Below, one piece after another: positions 52,582-64,000 of a stretch of DNA of 64,000 nucleotides. The first letter of the stretch is position 1. Every line of letters starts with the position of its first letter. Below the pieces are notes generated by a model. It saw only the letters and a program-made list of their open reading frames with translations. It had not been told where the DNA came from and ran no database searches. The stretch lies in the NCBI RefSeq assembly GCF_000150275.1, contig NW_002060948.1, positions 5,254,336 through 5,318,335 of the forward strand, given 5' to 3'. The position numbers were made by a program, and so were the translations under genes. This stretch comes from Trichoplax adhaerens. Its lineage: Eukaryota > Animalia > Placozoa.

Positions 52582-55500
52582 TTAAAATTCAAGTAAAATA
52601 GCTAAATCATGATAATGGAGTTTTTTAAGCACTACGAAGAAACTTTCCATAGTAGCTTCCCTTCCTAGTAACATTTTCCATCGTTTTAAGACTTCTATGC
52701 CCTTTTCGGCATTTTTAATATCCAAGTTATCGATTTCATTGCGTTCTTTCTTATGTAAACCAAGTTCACATGCAAGCTCTTCCCAGCGATCAGCTAATTT
52801 ATCGCCCATGATATTAGTAATAGTGAGCATCTGTGAAGACCCTAAGAAATATACATTGGACCAATTTAACAAATCCGAATATACTCTGAATATTTCTGTT
52901 ATCATACGATAAAGAGAATATAAAATATTCTAATATCATCTCTCAATCAATATTACTTTAATTATCTTTCTCATGATATTTAGCTAATATGAGAACTGGC
53001 CTTTATATAATGTCGATCAACGCTATCTTATACTTATTACATAGTTACCTACTTTGCAGCAAGTGCTATGAATTATACTGTTATCTTACAAAGCTCTAAA
53101 TGATGTTGCTTTTCGTTACCAATATACATACTTTTTAGTTGATCAATTGCCTTGGATGCTGGTGAAAATTCCTTCGGCTAAGTGGCAAAAAATGAAAAAA
53201 ATTATTTAAATTAAAAGCATTATTTATATGACACATACGATGATAAACGAAGCAAAAATTTATATTTATCACGATTACAATTTTAATTGTTATTTTTTAA
53301 TAATTCTAAAGCACGTAATCTCCGTTACTTTAGGGGTTGAAATATGGAGCCTCCTTAGCAGTGGAAATGGCAACCTTGCCACCCTTCAAGGGTAAGCTAT
53401 AAAGTTTATTAGCTTTAATATCGCATTGATAAAGTTTCAGTTTTCCGTAAATTTTTGAGCCCTAGTCTCATGTTTGTAAACTTCAAAAATTAGCTACTGT
53501 AAAGAAATTTATTATAGCAGCATATTTCTGATACGAAATTTTACTATGGTAGAGCTTTAATAATCTACGAAAACATTTATCGGCAGTGTTATGAGCTAAA
53601 CAACTAGCAGGATACATTAACACAATTATCTTAAATATTACGCAAGGACTACTTTAAATATATATATAAGATTTGGAGATAGATTCACATGGGCCACTGT
53701 TAAAATTAATTGGCTATGATGTAAGGTTTCTCTAGCAAATTCTGAACTGAATTGAAGTCATAAACTGCCGATAGTAATACTATAAATGCTTTAATTTCAA
53801 TAATTCACTACCGTATTTATCACAATATACTTTCGTGCTGTTTTTAACCTAAGCTCAATATACTCATGTTCCAGCAATTAAGGTTCTTCAGCAATGAGCT
53901 TCCATACCAAGCCAATTTGAAATAGCTTAATATAATAAATCACTATAACGTTGCATATGATGGTATTGTAGCATTTTATAGCTATCGTATCTATTAGGGA
54001 TCCATTCCTGTGAACGGATATTTTCGATTTATTATATCTTACGTTGCTATTTAAACTTCGCAATATGCGGTTATTTCTCAATAGAATTGTAATACATTTG
54101 ATAAATTTATAAGTCAAGTAGACCTTTGAACGGCTATATCTACATTATTGAAAAAGTAATCTAACCTCAAGCATATGAACCATAAATTCTCCTGTCTTTG
54201 TTATAACTGTATGTCGAATATTAACTACACCAAAGTAGGCTGGAATCGACGGACAATTTTCATCTAACTGACAAGCAAATTGAATAAAAACATTTCGCCC
54301 ATGAAAGCGCATCTCTCGAACCATTTTTTTCTCTCCCATTTTAGATGATGGCGAAAATTTACCTTTTATTTCTAGTTTATAATTACCAGTAGGTAGCAAT
54401 AATCTTCGATAAATTCCGACCATGGTAGTATAGCTTTCAAGGATTTGCAAATTTTGATTGTAGTTAGTAATTAATGCTACGATAATTGAAAATTCTGGAG
54501 AACTTCGTTGGCTACTGGTCATTAAAATTAAGCAGTCAGCATAAATAAATTGTGGTGGATACCATCGCATCGGGCCCAGCGATAATTTCGTAATGATTGC
54601 ATTAGGAAAAGGATAAAATACGGTAAAAAGGGAAAATTTTTCAACTGCAAACACCACATAAGCCTTCTTATCGTTTAAAATGCGAATTTCGTAATCAATA
54701 TAATGTCTTCTCCATCGCGGCTCCTGATCAAGAGTCGTATCACTCGAGCAAATAATTAAGGGTGGCGGATTTTTAAGATCGTAAATCGCGTTATCTTCCA
54801 CTAAACAACTATTGATGTTATCCAGAATATCGCAAAAATCAAATAATGGCAACTGTAATATTGGTTTTCGGATTGGATTTGTTAATGATTGATTGGGCAG
54901 ATCGAAATTACTTTTATCGTAGTTAAGAGTAAAATCATAAGGTTGTAGCATGACTGATGTAGTAGCATGAGTTAAATACTGAGAATCATCAGTAGCAGAA
55001 TAAAAATAGGGTGGATCAGCATACAGACATGTTATAATAATTTCTGTCCAGCTTTCTATTGGATTTGCTTGAACCGATAATTCAATTCCTTGTAAACGAT
55101 CTAATGATAATCTATAATTTCCGCCACCTAAGCTGGGATAGGTTTCAATTGCTTTGTCAAATGGTGGAAGGCGAAATATTGACTGCGGATAACGATTACT
55201 TAACAATTTTGCTGAAGTAGATGGTAGATAAACGTCTTGATCCAAAGAAGAATGATTAATGCTATTCTGAGGTGCTGAATAGGGCTGACTGTTAACGGAT
55301 TCATTTTGTAACCTTGATGCCCCTTTAATACTGATCCGATTGATATTTGCCCTGGAGCTTTCAGTACTTGAATTGTTTTCTATCTTGATATCATTGGCAA
55401 AAGATACTTTATTAATTGCATCCGATAGTGCATGATCTTCAACTAATGGATTTGATTTTTTCCTCTTGGAATTCTAATAAAGTTAACGGTGAATTTGTGA

Positions 55501-56946
55501 ATACAGAATGTTTGCAACATTTAAAATTGCATTTATAGATTTTCAGTTTCAACCTGAACACGATTTTGCCAGTTTCCTTAGGTTATACTCGTATTGATTT
55601 AATTTGACATTTATAATATCTAGTACTAGTAGATTCTCTTTGCATATCTACTATTCATTCTTAAATTGTACACTAAATATCGACTAGCACTACAGAAATA
55701 TACAAAACGTTACAGCCGTTCGATAGTCTATTAATTAATACAGATCGTAATCATTTTATAAGCCAACGATTTAACTGATAGTGGGATAAAGTGAGCAGAT
55801 ATATCGTCCAAATATAGTTGCAATTTCTTGAGACAAAATATTTGTGTAGCCGAGTAAAGTAGTATTGCCATATTTCTTAAGAGTATTAATTTCCTAAATA
55901 TTATCACTCTTCTAAAGATACAATGATCGCTAAAAGTAACACCTACTGCTAAAGGTTAATGTATAGTATTACGACTTTTAAATAGCTGTTGCTCTTCTTA
56001 TTTAACAACACTGAAAATTCTTGACTGCTAAGGATAATGTGCTGTAACTATAACTTTTAAGTAGCTGTTATCTTAATTAAGTGGAAACTTAACCTAAAAT
56101 TTAACTCTAACCTGATGGCTCTCTGTTTTAGCAAAAGTGGGGATAGAAGCCAAACTAGCCAGTCTTTCCATGCCATGATTGTTATTTGCTACTTGCGGAA
56201 TCTTTTCTAGCGTAGCTAAACTTTCACTTTTCTAAACATTGAACAAGCAATACTATCTAAGTAAGTTTTATGGTTTCTTTATTTAACTTCCCCATCTCGT
56301 AGCTATTATTACTAGTTCTCTAGCAAATTAAATTTAGAATCACCTAAATAAAAATAAATGGACTAAATTGCCTCACATGAATGAATACTTCTCCGAAATT
56401 TATTAATACTCACGTTGACTCAAGACAAGATTATTTTAGGGTTTTCACGCATTACTTTAGAATAGTATTAGCAGTACTAATAAATTTGTACAAGTTGAGA
56501 AGATTAAGTCCGATAGCTATCTTAATGTAGCTTAATACTTAATAACTCTATAAATTTAGTTATTAGGTAAATTAAGCAAAGCATTGTATGCTTTTAAAAA
56601 GATCTTTTAGCGAACCATTATTGGCGCTATCGTAAATATCAGCACTGTTACTTTGATATTCATTTTATACTGATATCAATTTTTTAACTTACTCTAACTC
56701 TTATTTTTTTCTTCTCCTTTTTTGTTCCATAACCTTTAATTAGCAAAGACCTTCGAAGTCCGCGAATTTGATCATTCTTTAAACCAACTTTCTGGTAATC
56801 ATTATCTGACAGTTTTAATAAGTCTTCGGCATTATGTACTTTATAATTTTCCTTTAGTAAGCTGTTATATTTTTCCAGATAATTCTCAAAGAGTACCAAG
56901 TAGACATCGTTAAATCCTTCATTAACAACAAATCGTTTTTCTGTAT
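52582..56946 (-). CDS. SAM - linker - ZU5/UPA-like - Death domain protein, >=660 aa, 5'-partial; exons 56946-56693, 56231-56112, 55473-54166, 53177-53132, 52841-52582
   Basis: All four introns are GT-AG and in phase (0, 0, 0, 1). SAM-like: LEKYNSLLKENYKVHNAEDLLKLSDNDYQKVGLKNDQIRGLRRSL. ZU5-like: GGGNYRLSL...GIELSVQANPI, SVMLQP, LTNPIRKPILQLP, VVFAVEKFSLFTV. Death domain: LADRWEELACELGL...GIEVLKRWKMLLGREATMESFFVVLKKLHYHDLA. Confidence 0.8.
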
Positions 56947-57349
56947 CTAAATCATATTATTCATGCGAAGTAGAATGAGTAAACAACATGTATACAATAA
57001 TGCTTTACTTCCTACTGCTATTATTAATAGCTGAGAATGCAATATAATGAAATAAATTTTTATTTCACACATGTACCTGTAAACTGTAACAGAAATCCTC
57101 AATGAAATTAATAAAATCTCAGTTGGATTAAATTGTTATCGCTAAATATCACAGTTTATAGCCATTTTCATTCTACTGTATTTCTAGATAGCAGACCAAT
57201 TTCTAAATACTATAAACAAACGACTAACGTAGCAACTATTGTATTGTTTTCTGATACGATATAGTATGACTAAAAAATGAAAGGATTTCTCCTGTAAATT
57301 ATTAATACAGAGACTAAATAAACCATAAATTAGAGACATCTAATAAGAA

Positions 57350-57830
57350 ATTGGTGAATAATAAATCAACTAGGATAGAACATATCGCCTTCAAGAGAAA
57401 TGAAGCATCTTATGCAAGTAGCAACTACTTTCTTATTTTATTGGATTTACCGACTATAGCTTTCTTGACTAAAAGAGTGATGAAATGTAAATTTTCATCA
57501 GGATTTCAATCTACTTATGGAAAATATTTAAACTTGTATACAGGTAAAATCATTTCCTCTGCAATACAGAAGATATCCATGCTCTAGAAGCACTTTCTTA
57601 CCCATGTCGAAAACATGACGCTGTAGTCGGAAGCCAGTGAGTTCAATTTGATCTGGATGTAACAAGTAGAGAAAGGCAAGCAAATAGGTCGCCAATGATA
57701 AAAACAAAGCCTATAAAATATTAATGGTGGATAATCAAATTCATGAACATAAAGTCCTTGTTCCGCAATAAAAATCATCCTCGTCAACATCTACATACCC
57801 AGAGGCGAAATTCGAATCATTAACCAATTA
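57350..57830 (-). pseudogene. Stop-interrupted reading frame upstream of the SAM exon
   Basis: ORF 57790-57584 continues in frame past its stop as *SMDIFCIAEEMILPVYKFKYFP*VD*NPDENFTFHHSFSQESYSR*. No family recognised. Confidence 0.25.
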
Positions 57831-60719
57831 TTTGTTTCCTTCATTATATTCTTACAGTTTTCATCACTCAATCGATTTTATAACAAAAAGAGATGAATAT
57901 AACAAAGTAATCCTTTAAGCATAGTCAATAAAAGAAACTAAGGCATATTGAATTAAGTATCCCTAATTTGTTAAGATAATCGATGAATGGACAACAAATT
58001 TATTTATTCTATGTATTCTATCATGTCTACGATACACATACATATATATAATGCTTGATGTAGATAGTCGTCGCTGATATTCTTCAATATTTCAGATTTG
58101 GAGATATTTAATAAAAGAGCTCTCTACGAATAGAAATCACTGCGTGTCGTAATTTGTATAGAGATCCTATTTAATGGAAAGATTTACTATCCTCAACTAA
58201 TCAACAGAAAGAATCTTTTGATGCTATTCCTGTTAGCTTCCGATGAAGAAACTGATAGAATCAACACTCTAGGCAATATGTTTATAGTTTAACTGCTTAT
58301 AGAAATCTACTCCGTATTGTAGTTATAATAAAACAATAAATAAGTACGGAAAGACTATGAATTTGTTATACAAGAGTAGCTGCAGTAGAAAATACTCTCA
58401 ACAAATCTATAGCAGTAAAGTCGTATCGATAGTATCTACAATAAAATTCTAATCTAACTAGGTCTGATGAAGATAAATTTTGTATACTGTATTACAGTCA
58501 ATCTTGAACTGTCAGTGTATCTATAGGATATCAATAGGAATTACTGACCTACTTGACTCATCAGTTTATGTAGTTTAGTGTATAAACTACGAAATCGCAA
58601 TAGTAACAGTAACATCATTATTACGATTAATACTCATTTACTATTGCTGGCATGAACATGTTACTGTAAACATAAAAGTTGAAATAGCATATCCTAGCCC
58701 CACACAGACAAGTAATGGCATCTGCTCCATAATTACCCCACTCTAATCTCGCAACTATATTAGCAATTTCAGGTACTAAATAGGAATTAATTTTAATGCT
58801 TAATTCACTATACTATATCTATAAAATATCGCAGTTGATTCTAGCTTAAGAGATTTGTAATATCTCTTTGAAAGACTAAGATTAGATCATGTCCTCCTAA
58901 ATACTGTAGACCTCAACATTTGCTGTATGGCGGACCGACTAAAATTTAGTATAACTTTGAGCATGCATAGTAAAGGTAAAGTTAATTATTTACAGATCAC
59001 CAATTTGATTTCTCGGTAATTTCAAAGTTAACTCTCTACAAATGTTTATTGTCTGAAATGCTAGACCATTTATGCTTTGATAGGACATAAGCATCCTTTA
59101 GCAATGAAACTGATCATATCTAGACACTAAAGCTGACTTTAGTACTGAAACACTCAATTTGCATCTGTATAATTTAGAATAGCGATCATCAACAGCTAAT
59201 CTGGCCTGTAATGAATCATTCTATAACCTTTACCATTTCCTAGATTAGGTTAATCACTATCTCATTTTATTTTAGCAAGGATAAAATTGACTTCCATAGA
59301 GCCTTGTACTTACTAACACAGTACTCTGTATTTCATAATACAAAATGGAAATTAAAAAAATTGTTTAGAACTTCTTAATTCAAGCTAGCCGTTGCATAGC
59401 GAATGGGCTAATAATTAATAGACCACTATTTCTGGGGCGTTGTGAGCTCTCTATACTGGTTGAAAGCTGTTTAGCATAGTACGGCGGCTTATTAGATCTT
59501 TTAAATTTTCAAGGCATTTACATTAAATTTGGCTCAGATTCTACATAAACAGAATGTTACAACCTTGAACCATTGGCTCTTGATATTTCTATTCATTTTT
59601 ACTGCAGTATTAAGTTACTTTATTTCTTTAAAACTCTAATGCAAACCAATTGTCACTGGTACATGTACGGTCGGGTTCAACCAACATACAAATCACGCCG
59701 TAACAGTGGCCTATAGCAATGTTCAGCCTCTGCTATATCATTCTTAACCTAGTGATATCACTGATTTAAACACCTTCCATTCAAATGGAAAGGACTTGAT
59801 AACAGATTATGTTACTGCAATAAAGTTGCAAGACCTAAAGTCTTATTTTAATGCCCATCATTTAAAATATTAATTCATCACCAACTTAAGATTTTCATAC
59901 TAGTAATAATTCATAAATCTTGTACCGTCTTATTCAGTCATAAATACTTCAGAACAATTCACAGTAACTGCTTTAACTAGATAGCTACATCGTTGGTTAT
60001 AGATATTTGTTGCTATTTGCAGCATGATATCAGATTCTATTCTATGCTAATGATTATTGCATACGGTAGTACTTCATAATCACTAATCAGTCCGTTACGA
60101 TGAATATAATTTAATTAATAATTCAATAATATATACGATGTTCTTTAATAACCTTAGTAAATATATTTTTATATGTGGGGGAATGGCATAGTGAGCCATT
60201 CATTAGGTTGTATTAAATATCGCAATATAGACACTTATAATAATGAAATAAAAAAATCCTATTGACGAGGCTTACTTCTTTAAAGTAATTAAGAAAATTA
60301 TTTTTTTAAATAGAGCTTTAAAATAAAGAATATAAATGGACTATACATGCACGAATAGGTCAATTTTTCATAGTGGCAATTTTATTATGCAATTTTTGGA
60401 AGAGCTGAAGGTAATTGTTTAAGTCATTAACTACCGTTAAGTATACGAAGTTACTGTTTTATCCTCTTCTTTGACTTTTTATTGTACCTTAGTTCTAAAA
60501 CGCAAGGGAATAAGGTAATTACGGGAAAGAAAGTCCTGAACAAAAGATTTAAATTTAATTCAACGTAAGATCCACCCGGTTTACGTCAAAGCTCGTCACT
60601 ATAGAACAGAAAGATTGTTACAAGAAGACATTACTAGTATACCATCTTACTTCTAATCAATTGGCTTTAATTAACCAAGCCATCATTATTGCTATTGAAA
60701 TCTCGGAGTAGCATTAGCA

Positions 60720-63700
60720 ATGGCGACCAAAACTGACCAGGAGAAACCAATGATGGAGAATCATCAACATCAAAATCACGACAGTGCTACCCAGGTATAA
60801 AATTAGTCTTCCTTCTGATGCAAATAAATACGTGGGTGCAGCATGTATTTTAATTAAAGTATCAGTTACCAGGAGCTGATACCTATGTTACTTTGTAGCT
60901 ATCTAAATGGGATAGGCTAATTATTTAAGCATCAAGATAAAAGGTCTTAATAATTTAACTTGTTGCTACCGATATCCACTTCATCGACTTTGTTGAATCT
61001 TATGCACCTATTTAACGCGTTATTTTAACATTGTACTCACTTATTATGTCTATCATTTTTATTCTATCATTTCAATATATTGAACTCATGATTTAGGATG
61101 ATAAGAAAAGCGCTGGTTAGTACCTAATGTTGATACAATATTAAGTGATAAATGATAATCATTAATGATGGTAAACTTGGCTTAAACTTGTAAATAAGAT
61201 TAAACCATTTGAATCACTTTCTTTTAGTGGTCTATAAACTTCATGAAGTTCCTCCATTTCTGTATACTATTGCTCTAGGACTACAAGTAATGACTTCGAG
61301 TTATATTTCATCGGTTTTGCATCTACGGTAGCAATAGGACTAATTCTTTTCACTAGATTGATTTCGTTTTCACTCAATATTTTTTAATATAATTCACGTC
61401 AAGTGCCAGCGTTATCACACCATAATGAATTGATTGCCGATACTAATTGCTCCCACTATTTCTGTAGCATTACTTAACGATGTTTGGGAGCACTGTTTCT
61501 TTACCATTTGTCCTCGCCGCACCGCTTTGCATCGGTAATAATAATCCATTAGCCATAAGTCAGTTGATTTCCACCATTTTTTTCATGTCTGGCCTTGCTA
61601 CGTTATTGCAATCAACATTTGGCGTCAGGTTTGTCTAAATAGGTCATTTTTATAATGTTTATAACTTACATTTCTATAATTTAATTCAAAAGCGGATGGA
61701 GCTCTACACTGAATTAGAGTAGAGAGTATAATTTTTTTTTTTTTCATTTTACCGTAAGTCCTTCGGCTGCACGAATGAACAAACATTAGCCATGAAATTC
61801 GTACTATACTGAGAGGCAACTTTCTCATGATTCGCTGGCATCTTATTTCAGTAAATGGTCATCTTGGACCGTTTCATTTACCATTGAATTCCGTGCTAGC
61901 AATGATTATTAGATTATTTAAATAGTTCATATAATTAATTCCGATTTAAAATCATATCATTAATGCAGAGCTAATATATGTGGTAGACGGTAACTACTTC
62001 CGAAGGAAAAACTATTTGTTCCATATTTATTTATGTTAATCACTTGATCTGGGACAATTTTAGTAAGACAACCACCAAAAAATAGAGCTTATAGAAAGTT
62101 TTATTCACAGATAATTACTCTTTAATATCAGTTGTGCTAGATCTCTTAAGTTGGTCCATTTGTGTCCTTTAACATGCATATTACACAGTCCTTTTGGCAT
62201 TGTTTACCAAACTATAGTTTGTCTTTTAATGAATACAACAAGTGATTAATAAACCAAATTTATAGGCTACCAATCGTACAGGGAGGATCCTTTGCCTTTA
62301 TAGCTCCAACTATTGCTATTATGTCACTGGATAAATGGAAAAGCACTTGCAGACCAAATATTTTACCCTGGGCAAGTACGTGATTGTATAGAATACTGTA
62401 GTACTATCTTCTTCATTGCAGGCTTTACCATTTCTATACTTAACTAAATCAAGTATTAAATTGTACTATATGTACTTGCATACATTCTTTCTCATCATCT
62501 GAAATTTGCCATAGTATTCTTAGCCACCAGAAATAAAATAGAAGACTGAGTAATGCAGAGAGAATTATTAAATAAATATTACTTGGCTTTTTGATTGTTT
62601 AGATCTTACAATGGATGAGCAAGTAAATCAAACAGAAATGTGGCAAGTTCGGATGCGAGAGGTAATTTATCCTTGTCGAAGTCGAGAATTATAGGTAGTA
62701 ATAAGTTAGTAGCTACAACGCGGTGAATTCGTTTCTAATTTCACATAAATGAAATTATGCTTCTTAGTGAGTCCAACTCGAATAAACGAGTATTCCTAAA
62801 TATATTTTGCTTACCGGTAACTAATTTATATTTTAACTATACTGAAACTGGTAATAATAACGTTATATTTATTAAAAGATCCAAGGAGCTATCATGCTAT
62901 CATCCCTATTTCAAATATTCATTGGTTTTTCTGGTATAATTGGACTTTGCCTACGATTTATTGGACCAATTACCATCGCTCCGACGATTACTTTAATTGG
63001 GTTATCGATAATTAGTGCGGCTACATTTTATTCATGTATGAAAATGATAAATATTTAAAGTTAATAATCAGTCAATAGAGTTATAATTGTATAGAAATAT
63101 GTGATCAAATATCTAGTCATAATAAAGTAATTTTGATAAATTTTACATGCTAAATTCTTAATATTAACTCTGGGTATCTATTTTTGATTATAGCTTCCCA
63201 CTGGGGCATAGCGATATTGTAAGTATAAGTTATATTATGATGAAGTGTTAAATTAAATGAATTTAAATGTTAGAATAAGAAGTCCTGTATAATTTGCTCT
63301 CGTACATCATTATAATTTGTTAGGACGGTATTCTTTATCGCCCTTTTCTCACAAGTTCTGGAGAGATTTCCTGTTCCAATGCCCGCTTTTCAGAGAGGGA
63401 AAGGCTGTTATGTTACTAGAGTGCACATATTCAGGCTCTTCCCGGTACGATAATCGTTGATGATAATTAAATACTTTACGATATATCTGTTCTATTAATG
63501 ATTATAACAGTTTATCATTTACCCCGAGTAAATCTTATCGTTATATCGAAGTGATAAACAAATTGTAAAATAAAAAAATACTAAAAATATTTGGGTATAG
63601 AAAATACTCGTAAGTAACAATATAATAAAAACTACAGAAAATAGTAAATCTGAGCAGCCTTTGTAATTTACTCTCGAATTGGTCTATATACGCGTATGAT

Positions 63701-63916
63701 GTAAAAATGATGTCTGGAATCCGAAATATTAACACTCTAATGACTTTTTCTAAATTTAGGTATTGATTGCTGTCATAACATCATGGGTATTATCGGCTAT
63801 CCTTACATCTGCTGGTGCTTTCACCTCAAATCGAGCTAATCCAACCTATTTTGCCAGAACTGATGCTAGAATCTCTGTATTACAAACATCACCTTGGTTT
63901 CGATTTCCATATCCTT
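60720..63916 (+). CDS. SLC23 family nucleobase-ascorbate transporter (SLC23A1/A2-like), 3'-partial; exons 60720-60794, 61097-61115, 61228-61286, 61468-61628, 62266-62375, 62603-62661, 62879-63035, 63194-63218, 63324-63444, 63760-63916
   Basis: Product includes VYKLHEVPPFLYTIALGLQHYLTMFGSTVSLP (NAT QH motif), STIFFMSGLATLLQSTFGVRLPIVQGGSFAF, WQVRMREIQGAIM, LRFIGPITIAPTITLIGLS, HWGIA, IFRLFPVLIA, ARTDAR and SPWFRFPYP. The gene runs off the window end. Confidence 0.95.
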
Positions 63917-64000
63917 GTATGATAAATGCATTAACAAATCACTTTAACTCCTAATGTAAAATATGAATGCAAATTAATTATAATTATACTTTAATCGTTT

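Overview
AT-rich eukaryotic DNA (roughly 30% GC by eye) with short GT-AG introns and animal-type genes. This fits a compact early-branching animal genome; a placozoan such as Trichoplax is my inference, not a verified assignment. I assembled the gene models by hand from splice signals and reading phase. In order: a secreted 10-Cys colipase/prokineticin-fold protein (+), mitoribosomal mS38/AURKAIP1 (-), AGTRAP (+), TTC36 (+), an uncharacterised protein with a YAP-type TEAD-binding omega-loop and an AT-hook (-), a centrin-like EF-hand gene (-), an intronless pogo-derived Brinker-DBD/CENP-B-HTH gene alone in a ~29 kb gene-poor tract (+), a SAM-ZU5/UPA-like-Death domain gene (-), and the 5' part of an SLC23 transporter (+). 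The strongest leads are three. (1) A colipase-fold precursor whose last cysteine is displaced by a 78-aa acidic, convertase-flanked insert, suggesting insulin-like two-chain maturation. (2) A candidate TEAD cofactor with the omega-loop and LxxLF helix in reverse order relative to YAP. (3) A ~1.1 kb mixed TACAG/TACTG array that reads as stacked Tc1/mariner excision footprints. No rRNA, tRNA or CRISPR arrays were recognised.
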